Positions 20,129 through 29,665 of a stretch of DNA of 64,000 nt are shown here, one piece after another. Position numbers and translations under genes: made by a program. How positions within the stretch are numbered: position 1 is the first letter of the stretch; every line of letters begins with the position of its first letter. The stretch spans positions 1,408,001 through 1,472,000 of the forward strand of contig OZ255842.1 of NCBI GenBank assembly GCA_965277805.1, in the 5' to 3' direction. The stretch is from Candidatus Lustribacter sp. (GTDB lineage Bacteria; Vulcanimicrobiota; Vulcanimicrobiia; Vulcanimicrobiales; Vulcanimicrobiaceae). The notes below the pieces were generated by a model. It saw nothing but the letters and a program-made list of their open reading frames with translations, did no database searches and was not told the origin of the DNA.

Positions 20129-21179
20129 ATGGCACACGTGCGGGAACTCGGTCTCAAACTACGAGCGTTCGCGTTTTGGCTGGCGGCGGCCGTACTGATT
20201 GCCGGGTCGCTGCCCGGCGCTTCGCAGGCTGCCGACGCGAACGATGTCGTGCGCATCATCATCAATCCCGGCATTTACGATGAGCTGCCGCTGTACTGGG
20301 CGGTCGACAAAGGCTATTTCACCGACGCCCACATCGACTTGCACATTACGAAGGTCACCACGTCGGCCGGCACGCTCGTGCCGTTCCTTGCCCGCGGCGA
20401 CGTCGACGTTGCACCGATGGTCATGGTCCCGGCATTTTTCAACCAATTCGATCAGGGCTTCGGCTCGAAAATCGTCGCCACGATGGACGAGTCGCACAAG
20501 GGGTGGAGCGATACTACAGCCTTCTTGGTGCGCCAAGACCTGTGGGATTCGAAGGCGATTCGCAAGCCTTCAGACTTGCGCGGGAAGAAGCTGGTCAAGC
20601 CGATCGGTGCGCCCAACGATTTTCTCACGCTGGAGATCATGGCCAAGGCCGGCTTGACGATGGCCAACGTGGAGATGCATACGTCGCTCAACGGGCAGAC
20701 GACCTACTTGCCCTCGCTGATGAATCACCAATACGACGCGCTCAGCGCGCCGGAACCGATCGCTTCGCAATTGGAAAAAGCGGGCGTGGCGCACAAGTGG
20801 CTGAGTTTGCAGGACGTCATCCCGTACTATCAGGCGACGTACCTCGCGTACTCCGAAGCGTTTGCCCGCGATCATCGCGAGGTCGCCCAGCGCTTCATGA
20901 CCGCGTATCTTCGCGTGCAAAGACGTCGCGACGAGCAACGGCAAGTGGACGCCGCAACTCGTTGACGAAGTGGCGAACTGGTCGGGGCAGAGCCGCGACG
21001 TCGTGTTGGCCCTCCCGGGACCGGCATACCCGGGCATAAGCCGGATCTCGCGGGAGTCAATTACGCGTCAGGAAGCGATGTGGTACCAGCTCGGCATGAT
21101 GAAGAAAATGGTTCCGATCGAGCAGTTCATCGACGAATCGTTTGCGGAGAACGCGCGCAAGGAACTCCGCATCAAGTAA
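20129..21179 (+). pseudogene. SsuA/NMT1-family substrate-binding protein interrupted by a frameshift near 20915
   Basis: Paralog of 28632-29657; similarity continues in another frame (CKDVATSNGKWTPQLVDEVANWS vs AHEIEVTKGAWTPELVRTVAKWS). Confidence 0.75.
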
Positions 21180-22371
21180 AGCCGGCTAGACTCGCAACCT
21201 GCATGATGACGGCCGATAGCACGACGATGAGCCATGGCGGCCATTTCCAGACGGTGAGCGCTGCGAACGCGAGTACCGCGAGGGCGGCGTCGGCCGGAGC
21301 GTGGATCGCGCTCACCCAGACCGGTTGATAGAATGCGGCCAAGAGCACGCCGACGACCGCGGCGTTCACGCCCTGGAGGGCGCCAACGATGGCCGCGTTG
21401 CCGATCATGCCGTTCCAGTACGGCAACACCGCCGCGATGAGCAAGAACGACGGCAGGTAGATTGCGAACAGCGCGATCGCTGCACCGCCGGCCCCGCTTA
21501 CCGGTCCGTGCATCGCTGCACCGAGGTAGGACGCGAACGTGAACAACGGTCCGGGCATCGCTTGTGCGGCTCCGTAGCCCGCGAGGAACGCATCCTGACC
21601 GATCCAACCCGGCGGCACGACGCGCGCTTGTAACAGCGGCAACACGACGTGACCGCCGCCGAAGACGAGCGCTCCGGATTCATAGAACGCGGTCACGACA
21701 TGCAGGATGCCGTTCGTCGCGAAACGGTCGATCAGCGGCAGACCGAGGAGGAGCGCGAGAAACGCTGCACCGGCAACAGCGCCCGTCGTACGATTCCCGG
21801 CCGTTGGGATCGGGCGCGTGCCGGCCGGCGTTGCGGCGATGAAGAAGCGGCCGTACACTGCACCGGCGACGATGACGAACAGCTGCACGAAGCCGGTCGC
21901 CGGCAAAATCGTGATGAGCGCGGCGCTAATAAGTGCGAGGCTCTTGCGCGGCACATCCGGACAGAGCGAGCGGTACATGCTCGCCACGGCGGCGGCCACG
22001 ACCGCGACAGCCGCAACGAGCAGGCCGTGGATCCACGGCGCGTCCGCTACTCCGGGAATGCGTGCGATGCCCAGCGCGAACGCCGCCATCAGGATTGCGG
22101 AGGGCAGCGTGAACGCGATCCAGGCGAGCGCGCCGCCGGGCACGCCCGCCCGGCTGAGACCGATGATGATGCACACCTGACTGCTGGCCGGCCCGGGCAG
22201 AAACTGACATAACGCGACGATCTGCGCGAACGTGTCCGCGTCGAGCCATTTGCGGCGCTCGACGAACTCGGTATTGAAGTAGCCGAGATGCGCGACCGGA
22301 CCGCCGAATGCGCTCAATCCAAGCCGAAGGAAGGCGCCGAACACCTCGCCGGGTCCGCGCGATGCCGGCAA
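21172..22371 (-). CDS. chrA: Chromate ion transporter (CHR family, long-chain)
   Basis: LGLSAFGGP...CQFLPGPASSQ and second half GALVFGGGHVVLP...AQAMPGPLF. Confidence 0.92.
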   Translation of the reverse strand: MPASRGPGEVFGAFLRLGLSAFGGPVAHLGYFNTEFVERRKWLDADTFAQIVALCQFLPGPASSQVCIIIGLSRAGVPGGALAWIAFTLPSAILMAAFALGIARIPGVADAPWIHGLLVAAVAVVAAAVASMYRSLCPDVPRKSLALISAALITILPATGFVQLFVIVAGAVYGRFFIAATPAGTRPIPTAGNRTTGAVAGAAFLALLLGLPLIDRFATNGILHVVTAFYESGALVFGGGHVVLPLLQARVVPPGWIGQDAFLAGYGAAQAMPGPLFTFASYLGAAMHGPVSGAGGAAIALFAIYLPSFLLIAAVLPYWNGMIGNAAIVGALQGVNAAVVGVLLAAFYQPVWVSAIHAPADAALAVLAFAALTVWKWPPWLIVVLSAVIMQVASLAGFT

Positions 22372-23472
22372 CTAGTGTCCTTGCATGATGATTGCGGTGA
22401 TCTCGCGATTGAAGTCCGCGAACTGCGGATAGCGCTCGTCGAGACCGGTGCCTTGCGGTCCCTCCATGATGTTCACGTGCGAGCGTCGCAGGTCCGCGAT
22501 GACCTTTGACATGTGCGAGCCGCGCATGATGTCGCTATCCTGTCCGGTGAGATTCCATAAGTCATCCTGGCCTTCGCGCGTGAGAAGATAAGTGAGAAAG
22601 AGTCGCGCGGCGGCCGGGTGAGCCGCGGTGAGCGGGATGCCGGGCGAGATGTAGTTCACTTCGGTCGCCTCGCGCGGATAGATCGAGGCGATCGCTTCGC
22701 CTTTACGCTGGCGCAGGCGCACCTCATGATCGCCGCAGTCGAGTCCGAAGATCAGGAACTCGCCCGAGACGACGCGGTCGACGTCACCGCAGGTCATGAT
22801 GCCGTCGACCTGACCGTTGAAGCGCTTGACGAAATCGAGCATCCGTTGCGGTCCGAAAGCGTTCGGCAGACCCAGCACGGCCATGAACGTTCCTTGATAG
22901 GGCGAGGTGGCGATCTTGCCTTTCCACTGCGGTTTCAACAAGTCGGCGTACGAGCGCGGGACGTCGCTCGGCGCAATCAGCTTCGTATTGTACGAAAAGC
23001 CGACGAGTTCGGTCATGAGCTTGACGGCGCGATGGTCGTACACTTCCGCCGCGGCCGGCAAATCGGGCACGTATTTGTGCCATTCGACGCGCTGCATCAC
23101 CGGCGGCAACGAGCGGTCGTTCGCGGTGAAGAGAATGTCCGAACTGGACGTCTGGCCGGCGCGCACCTCCTGCGCTAACTGCCGTAAGAACGCTCCGCCT
23201 CCGCCCACCGGCGAATAATGGATCTCGTACTTGATGTGATACTTCTGCTCGATGTGCTGCTGGATGAGCGCAGCGCCCGCGAGGCCGCCGAAGGTGTCGC
23301 TCGCGCCGAGGGTGAGGGACCCTTCCTTCGCCGCGGCGGCAACCAGGGCAGCAAGGTTTGACGGCTCGGCGTATCCCGCGGGAGCACTCTGTCCCGCGGC
23401 CGGGTTCAGGGCAGCCAGCCATAACAGCGTTGCCGCGCCGATCCATCGTGTTGCTTTCAGGTTACGCCACAC
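22372..23472 (-). CDS. ABC substrate-binding protein (Fe3+/thiamine/polyamine-type PBP2)
   Basis: Signal peptide; AAAAKEGSL, YNTKLI..PRSYADLLKPQWKGKI, HPAAARLFLTYLLTREGQ. Confidence 0.85.
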   Translation of the reverse strand: MWRNLKATRWIGAATLLWLAALNPAAGQSAPAGYAEPSNLAALVAAAAKEGSLTLGASDTFGGLAGAALIQQHIEQKYHIKYEIHYSPVGGGGAFLRQLAQEVRAGQTSSSDILFTANDRSLPPVMQRVEWHKYVPDLPAAAEVYDHRAVKLMTELVGFSYNTKLIAPSDVPRSYADLLKPQWKGKIATSPYQGTFMAVLGLPNAFGPQRMLDFVKRFNGQVDGIMTCGDVDRVVSGEFLIFGLDCGDHEVRLRQRKGEAIASIYPREATEVNYISPGIPLTAAHPAAARLFLTYLLTREGQDDLWNLTGQDSDIMRGSHMSKVIADLRRSHVNIMEGPQGTGLDERYPQFADFNREITAIIMQGH

Positions 23473-23550
23473 TGCGCCAAGCCTTATACGTTTTAAGGCA
23501 CGAGAACCTGCGCGCTGAGTGGAGGAGAGCCGCCGCAGTTCAGACTAGAG

Positions 23551-24753
23551 ATGCTGGTGATGCTGATGACGATCGAGCCCGGCGAGCTCGTGGCGCGCGC
23601 TCGGGCAATGGTTCCGTATCTGCGCGAACGCGCGCTCGAGGCCGAACGGCAGCGGCGAATCTCCGCCGAAACGATCTCGCGCTTTAGCGAGGCGGGATTT
23701 TTCCGTACGCTGGCGCCGGTGCGCTTCGGCGGGTTCGAATACGGCTTCGGCACGATGATGGACATCCTCGCCGAAGTCGGGCGCGGTTGCGGCTCGTCGG
23801 CGTGGCTCTGCGGCCTCGGCATCATTCATCGCTGGCTGCTCTCGCTGTTTCCGCTTGAAGCGCAGATCGACGTTTGGGACGATGATCCGGACGGCATCAT
23901 CACCGGTTCCTACGCGCCGCAAGGCGTTGCGCAACCGGAGGCCGGCGGCTACCGCATTCCGGCCGGCAAGTGGTCGTTCTCGAGCGGCGTCGATCACTCG
24001 AGATGGTCGGTCATCGGCGTGATGTTTCCGCCCGGCAAGGACGAAACGGCGCCGTCTCGCGGCCTCTTGCTCGTTCCATCGTCGGATTACACCATCGAGG
24101 ACGACTGGTATGCGAGCGGGTTGTGCGGCACCGGCAGTAAGACGATCGTCATCGACGACGTGTTCGTGCCGGCACATCGCAAGCTCACCTTTCCTCAGGC
24201 GGTTTCAGGCAGCGCACCCGGCAGCCTCGTCCACGAGAACCCGCTCTACAAGGTGTCGTTCATGGCCGGCATGCCGTGCGCGCTCGCCTCGCCCGCGTTC
24301 GGCATGGTCCAGGGTGCGATCGACGACGCTCTGGCATCGATCAGCAAGCAACTCACGCGAGGTGCGGCCGGCGGTGCCGGCAACCGAGTCGCCGATTACG
24401 CGGCCGTCCAATCGCGCATGGCGGAAGCCACAGCCGCGCTCGACGCCGCGCAGCTCTTGCTGCATCGCGACTGTGATGAGTTGCTCGCCGCGGTGCGCGC
24501 GGGTGAACGTGTCAGCGTCGACATGCGTATCCGCAACCGGCGCAACCACGCCTTCGCCGTGCGCTTGGCGGTGCAGGCGGTGGACGCGCTCTACGAATCC
24601 TCGGGCGGCCGCGGCCTCTACCTCGACAACACCGTTCAGCGGGCGTGGCGCGACGTCCACGCGGTTTCGAAGCACATCGCGCTCAATTGGGATGCCGTCA
24701 GCACGATGACCGGCCAGCACTTACTGGGTCTGGAACCGAAGGGAACCTATTGA
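23551..24753 (+). CDS. Acyl-CoA dehydrogenase-fold flavin-dependent monooxygenase (HsaA/C2-HpaH-like, group D); start may be a few codons downstream
   Basis: AERQRRIS...PVRFGG, GCGSSAW, GKWSFSSGVDH, DDWYASGLCGTGS, QRAWRDVHA. Confidence 0.88.
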   Translation: MLVMLMTIEPGELVARARAMVPYLRERALEAERQRRISAETISRFSEAGFFRTLAPVRFGGFEYGFGTMMDILAEVGRGCGSSAWLCGLGIIHRWLLSLFPLEAQIDVWDDDPDGIITGSYAPQGVAQPEAGGYRIPAGKWSFSSGVDHSRWSVIGVMFPPGKDETAPSRGLLLVPSSDYTIEDDWYASGLCGTGSKTIVIDDVFVPAHRKLTFPQAVSGSAPGSLVHENPLYKVSFMAGMPCALASPAFGMVQGAIDDALASISKQLTRGAAGGAGNRVADYAAVQSRMAEATAALDAAQLLLHRDCDELLAAVRAGERVSVDMRIRNRRNHAFAVRLAVQAVDALYESSGGRGLYLDNTVQRAWRDVHAVSKHIALNWDAVSTMTGQHLLGLEPKGTY

Positions 24754-24758
24754 AGAAG

Positions 24759-25706
24759 ATGACTCGCGGCGCCGCGTCGGCGTTGCTTTTCGGCGGGGCC
24801 GCGTTTGGCTTCGCCGCAGCGCACGGCGGCGCACAAACGCCGGCGCAGGTGCGGATTGCCACGATCCCGATCGAGCCCGGCGCCGAGGTCTACTTTGCAA
24901 AGGAGCGCGGCTTCTTTGCTAAGGCCGGCCTCGATGCCGATATTCAGCCGATGCAGGGCGGCTCTGCAATTGCGGCGGCGCTGGTTTCGGGAGCGATCGA
25001 TATCGGCTTTCTCGCGATCGACGCGCTGGCGGCGATTCATCGCAAAGGCGTTCCCCTGGTCGCGCTTGCGCCTGGGACGGAGTACCTTTCTCCGTTCACC
25101 ACCCAAAATGCGGCGTTGATGGTACCGGCGAACTCGACGGTTCAGAAAGCGCCGGACCTCAACGGGAGAACCGTTGCGGTCATCTCGCTCAACAGCCTCA
25201 CGCATACCGCGGTGCGGACGTGGATGGATAAGAACGGCGGCGATGCATCGACGGTCAAGTTCGTGGAACTGCCGTCGTCTGCGATGGCGACCGCGCTGGG
25301 CGGCAACCGCGTGGATGCCGCCGAGGTGGCCGAGCCGTTCATCGGGGAAGCGAAGAAATCGGCCCGCGTTCTGGCGTACGGATTCGATAGCATCGCGAAG
25401 CGCTTCATCACGACGGGATGGTGCAGCACGCCGCAATGGGCGAAGGATCACGCGCCGCTCGCGAACCGCTTTGCCGCCGCGATGCGCGAGACGGCGGCTT
25501 GGGCGAACGGTAACCCGCAAGAGAGCGGGGCCATTCTCGCGAGTTCGCTGAAGCTCGATCCGGCGCTGGTCGCGGCCATGACCCGCGTGCGTTACACCGA
25601 CCAGCTTCTGCCCGCGCTGATGCAACCGTTGATCGATGCGACGGCGCACTACAACGGTTTCAGCACCTTTCCGGCACAGGAACTCATCTACACGCCCGCG
25701 CGCTGA
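24759..25706 (+). CDS. ABC substrate-binding protein, SsuA/NMT1 family
   Basis: Close paralog of 14828-15778 (shared C-terminus TFPAQELIYT). Confidence 0.87.
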   Translation: MTRGAASALLFGGAAFGFAAAHGGAQTPAQVRIATIPIEPGAEVYFAKERGFFAKAGLDADIQPMQGGSAIAAALVSGAIDIGFLAIDALAAIHRKGVPLVALAPGTEYLSPFTTQNAALMVPANSTVQKAPDLNGRTVAVISLNSLTHTAVRTWMDKNGGDASTVKFVELPSSAMATALGGNRVDAAEVAEPFIGEAKKSARVLAYGFDSIAKRFITTGWCSTPQWAKDHAPLANRFAAAMRETAAWANGNPQESGAILASSLKLDPALVAAMTRVRYTDQLLPALMQPLIDATAHYNGFSTFPAQELIYTPAR

Positions 25707-25719
25707 ACGTCGCCGGCAG

Positions 25720-26694
25720 TTACGACGGGTTGGTGATCAGCGCTGCCGCATCGATGGGTTTAGGGACCAGTTTATACTTCACCGCCACATCGATGACGGG
25801 CTGTACGAGCTGCGGCGTGAGCACGGTCGAATAGTCCGCGCGCCGGATGCCGCGCATTTGATCCGGATCGACCTTGAGGTACTTCACCAGGATCGGCAGC
25901 GACGCATCGTGGTGGGTGTTCGCCCAGCGGGCTGTGTCGTAAATTGCGGCGGTGAGACGCTTGGCGCCGGCGGCGTTATTGGCAAGCCACGAGCGCGTGG
26001 TGATCCACTGCGAGATCAAAAACCGGTTCGCGACCGCATCGTAGGGTTTTCCGAAGACGCGGATATCGGCTTTTGCGTTGCTGAAGAACGGTTCCGAGAT
26101 CGTGGCCGCGGCAACCGTCCCCCGGCGCAGCGCTGCGCGCATCTCCGGCTGCGGCATCTCGATGATTTTGATCGTGCTGATGTCGGCGCCGTTGTTCGAA
26201 AGCCATGCGCGCGTGGATGCCGCGGATAAACCGACCAGCGTGACGACGGCAACGGTTTTGCCGTTGAGCTCCTGGGCCGTCTTTAGCGGCGAATCTTTAT
26301 CCACGCAGAGCAGCGTCGCCGGGTTGCTGCTCATATAGAGGCCGCCGCCGGCAAAGACGACCAGTGGGATGCCGTTGCCGATCGCATCGGCGATGCCGAC
26401 GATATCGCCGAGGCCGACATCGATCGTTCCCCCGGCGACGGCAGCCACGACGGCACCGGCGTTATTCAGAACGGAGATCTGCGGTTCGAAGCCCGCTTTC
26501 GCAAAGAAACCGTTGTCGGTACCAAAGAACGGTTCGGCAAATGCATCGCCGCCGGGCGTGCCCATCGTGATCGGTGCGAGGGTGCTCTGCGCGCGCAATG
26601 GCGCCGCCGTAGCAATTCCGGCCGCGAACAATGAGAGCGCCGCCGACCGTGAGAGGGTCGAATGGCCGGCGCGTGATCCGGATGGTGTGCTCAA
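25720..26694 (-). CDS. ABC substrate-binding protein, SsuA/NMT1 family
   Basis: Signal peptide; GFFAKAG, GGTIDVG, ELNGKTVAV, SEPF. Confidence 0.86.
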   Translation of the reverse strand: MSTPSGSRAGHSTLSRSAALSLFAAGIATAAPLRAQSTLAPITMGTPGGDAFAEPFFGTDNGFFAKAGFEPQISVLNNAGAVVAAVAGGTIDVGLGDIVGIADAIGNGIPLVVFAGGGLYMSSNPATLLCVDKDSPLKTAQELNGKTVAVVTLVGLSAASTRAWLSNNGADISTIKIIEMPQPEMRAALRRGTVAAATISEPFFSNAKADIRVFGKPYDAVANRFLISQWITTRSWLANNAAGAKRLTAAIYDTARWANTHHDASLPILVKYLKVDPDQMRGIRRADYSTVLTPQLVQPVIDVAVKYKLVPKPIDAAALITNPS

Positions 26695-26924
26695 ATGAGT
26701 CCCTCCGACTATGAGTTCCGTTTTCCGACGTCATCGCGACGATGAGGAAAAGTCCCTGCGCGAGGATGCGTATTTTCGCCCGGTGAGCCGCCAAGAACGA
26801 AAAGTTTCTTCTAATGTTCGGCGTTACTGTTTTGCGTTTGGCACGATTTAACGCGGGTACGCAATTCGCGTCGGTCCGTCTCTGCGGCCGGCATCTTTCT
26901 CGAAAAGCAATGAGGTATTCCACT

Positions 26925-27095
26925 GTGAAAAAGCTACCCAAAGCGGCATTCCTCGCCGCGTCGCTCGTCGTTGCCGGTGCGGCCTTTGCAGTCGCCGGGC
27001 AAGCGGGTGCTGCTGTAACCAGCGCACTACCGAGCGTGACGAGTGTGCATCCGCAACAAGCGAGTTCTCCCACTCCTAGTCCGCTGCCGACCTAG
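26925..27095 (+). CDS. Small secreted Ser/Pro/Thr-rich peptide (about 56 aa)
   Basis: GTG preceded by GAGG; KKLPK + hydrophobic stretch + AGA signal peptide followed by a short mature tail. Confidence 0.45.
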   Translation: MKKLPKAAFLAASLVVAGAAFAVAGQAGAAVTSALPSVTSVHPQQASSPTPSPLPT

Positions 27096-27112
27096 CAGAT
27101 CGGCATCACTGG

Positions 27113-27943
27113 GTGCGGTGGCTCAGTGCCGCGGCAATCGGATGCTGCGCCATCGCCCTGCTCGCTCCGGCGCACGTGCGTCCGAGCGCAACGCCACATC
27201 CGCACCCGTATGTTTCGGGTGCGCCGCCGAAGCCGCCCGGCAATCTGCGCCGGCGCAATTCGATCGTCGTCGACGTCGATTTCGAAGAGTCGGCCGCGGC
27301 GATCAACAGCGACGTTATCGATATCGCGGGGACGATTCAGCTGATCCTCGATCGTATCGCTGCCGAGACCGCGCCCGCGAACGATTTTGGGGAGCCGCGC
27401 CCGATCGTCTGGGTTTCGCTGACGTCGGATAAGGAGTGCCACGACAGCACGGATGCAGCGATTCTCGAAATACGCGTCGCGCGCTTCGTCGGCCGCACCT
27501 TTAATTACGTTGTCGTCGGACGCCAAGTCGAAGAGGCGGATCTGGGCTTTCGGCTCTACGATTGCTCGGGTCGCGAAATTTTGCACTACCCGCTCGATGA
27601 ATCGTCGCCGTACGGCGAGGGCCGCTTCGCGCCGTACTATCTGTCGATCACCGGCACCGTTGCGACCGTGGCGCTCGCCAACGCACATTCCAACAACAGC
27701 AGTATCGCCGCGGTCCTCGGCATCTTCAACGGCTACTATCCGCTCCAAGCGAACGTCGGCGCGCACGACCCCAACGCGTTGCGCCTACTGGCGCTCTATC
27801 GCCTGATGGGCAATATCCCGGGATCGAACGTCCCGCCACCCGCCGCAGGCAGCGTGTCGGCGCTGCTTCAAACGTGTGCGTTCGGGGCCGATTCCGACGG
27901 CGTTATCCGGCTGCATTGTGCCCAGAGCGACGGGCATGGTTGA
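27113..27943 (+). CDS. Hypothetical exported protein
   Basis: Signal peptide-like N-terminus, Pro-rich linker, globular domain; no recognised motif. Confidence 0.55.
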   Translation: MRWLSAAAIGCCAIALLAPAHVRPSATPHPHPYVSGAPPKPPGNLRRRNSIVVDVDFEESAAAINSDVIDIAGTIQLILDRIAAETAPANDFGEPRPIVWVSLTSDKECHDSTDAAILEIRVARFVGRTFNYVVVGRQVEEADLGFRLYDCSGREILHYPLDESSPYGEGRFAPYYLSITGTVATVALANAHSNNSSIAAVLGIFNGYYPLQANVGAHDPNALRLLALYRLMGNIPGSNVPPPAAGSVSALLQTCAFGADSDGVIRLHCAQSDGHG

Positions 27944-28553
27944 GCTCCGGTCGAATATAGGTAAGTAACACGACGCTGACCAAGGCGAACCCAAGCCACG
28001 GAAGTTTGAGCGATAACAGCATCGCCGCGGTGAACAGTCCAATACTCACATACGATCGGGTCAGTGCCCGGCGGCGAAACGCCGAGGCATCGGGCTCGCG
28101 TCCGTCTCGAGGCAACGTTGCCAAAGCGAGTGCGTGATAACCCAAGTTCACCATGAGGATGACGGCCGCATAGACGAACGCGGGAACTGCCGCAATGCGC
28201 GTTTCGGCGAGCCATGCTGTCGAGAACGGGACCAGCGACGCCGGAAACATGTGAGCGAAGTTGCATAAAATCAAACGCAGCGTCGAGATGCGCGCGAACC
28301 GCAACAGGAAGTGGTGGTTCATCCACATGATGGTTATCAAGAGATAGCTCACGGCGTAGCTGATCGCCGTCGGCCACAATTCCAGCAGCGCGCTAAACGT
28401 CGGCTGCGTCGGCAAGCGTAGTTGCAGCACCATGATGGTGATGATCACCGCGAACACGCCGTCGGAGAATGTCGCGAGCCGCTCCGGGGTGATGCTGCGG
28501 ACCAGGTGCCGGTCCCGCTCGTTTAGATGAGCCGTCTCGTCGTCATCGGACAT
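27903..28553 (-). CDS. TMEM175 family potassium channel
   Basis: ERLATFSDGVFAVIITIMVL signature, WMNHH, about 6 TM helices. Confidence 0.88.
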   Translation of the reverse strand: MSDDDETAHLNERDRHLVRSITPERLATFSDGVFAVIITIMVLQLRLPTQPTFSALLELWPTAISYAVSYLLITIMWMNHHFLLRFARISTLRLILCNFAHMFPASLVPFSTAWLAETRIAAVPAFVYAAVILMVNLGYHALALATLPRDGREPDASAFRRRALTRSYVSIGLFTAAMLLSLKLPWLGFALVSVVLLTYIRPELNHARRSGHNAAG

Positions 28554-28631
28554 GGGGCTGAATTTGCCGCCGCGAGGATGGCCACCCGGTCGCCCAAGGA
28601 TCGGGTATCGCTCGAGAGCAACCGTCTCGGG

Positions 28632-29657
28632 GTGAATCGGCAGCGTTTCGCACTCGCCGCGCTGGCCGCGGCGCTTGCCGGCGGTCCGTCGCGGGCAAGT
28701 GCGCAAGAGTCCGCACCCGACAAGGTTCGTATCGCGCTCAATTTCACGACGTATACGTACCTGCCGATTTTTCTGGCGATCGACAAGGGCTACTTCACCG
28801 AGCAGCATCTCGATGTCGAGGTCACCCAATATCAGGGCTCGTCGGTCGTGAACGTTCCGCGCCTCGCGCGCGGCGATCTCGACCTCTCGCCGATGGTCCT
28901 CAGTCCCGGATTCTTCAATCAGGGGAGCCAAGGCTTCAGCGTGCAGCTTATTGCTGCGTTGACGGAAGCGCACCAGGGCTGGAACGATGCCACCTGGATC
29001 GTCGTGCGCCAAGACCTCTGGGATAGCAAAGCCCTGCGCACGCTCGACGATCTGCGCGGCAAGCGCATCGACGGCGTCTCATCCGGCTCGCTGGTCGATT
29101 ACCTCGTGCGGATCGCGCTGGCCAAAGGCCGCATTCCGCTGAGTGCGGTGACGTACACGAACAAGATCAACGACAGCGCGTCGGTCTTCGCCGCGCTGCA
29201 CAACCGGGCGATCGACGTACTCGGCAACACGGAGGTAACCGTCACGGCGCTCGAGCAGCAGAAGCTCGCGCACAAGTGGCTTACGACCAACGACATCGCG
29301 CCCGGACTCCAAGAGAGCTTCCTCGCCGCGTCGCCGCAGTTTCTCAAGGGCCATCGCGATGCGGCAAAGCGCTTCCTCATGGGTTATCTCAAGGCAGCCC
29401 ACGAGATCGAAGTCACCAAGGGTGCCTGGACACCCGAACTCGTGCGCACCGTCGCGAAGTGGTCGCAGCTTTCAGAAGAGGTGATCCGCAGCGTTCCCGG
29501 ACCGGCCTACAACAGTCTCGGACTCAAGCTCGAATCGATCGATCGCCAGCAGAAGTTCTGGACCGCGCTCGGCCTCGTGCAAACGCCGGCCGCGTTGAGC
29601 TCGCTTGTCGATCCCACGATCCTCGCCGACGCGCGCCGCGCATTGGGCATGCGGTAG
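28632..29657 (+). CDS. ABC substrate-binding protein, SsuA/NMT1 family
   Basis: Signal peptide from GTG 28632; AIDKGYFTEQHLDV, LARGDLD, DLRGKRI. Confidence 0.85.
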   Translation: MNRQRFALAALAAALAGGPSRASAQESAPDKVRIALNFTTYTYLPIFLAIDKGYFTEQHLDVEVTQYQGSSVVNVPRLARGDLDLSPMVLSPGFFNQGSQGFSVQLIAALTEAHQGWNDATWIVVRQDLWDSKALRTLDDLRGKRIDGVSSGSLVDYLVRIALAKGRIPLSAVTYTNKINDSASVFAALHNRAIDVLGNTEVTVTALEQQKLAHKWLTTNDIAPGLQESFLAASPQFLKGHRDAAKRFLMGYLKAAHEIEVTKGAWTPELVRTVAKWSQLSEEVIRSVPGPAYNSLGLKLESIDRQQKFWTALGLVQTPAALSSLVDPTILADARRALGMR

Positions 29658-29665
29658 TTGCGATA

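Noticed and set aside
26838-26856. TTGGCACGATTTAACGC as a sigma-54 promoter or a fourth GGCACG site
   Set aside because: The GC falls one base off the required -24/-12 spacing and TTGC is absent; there is no second GGCACG at 11 bp.
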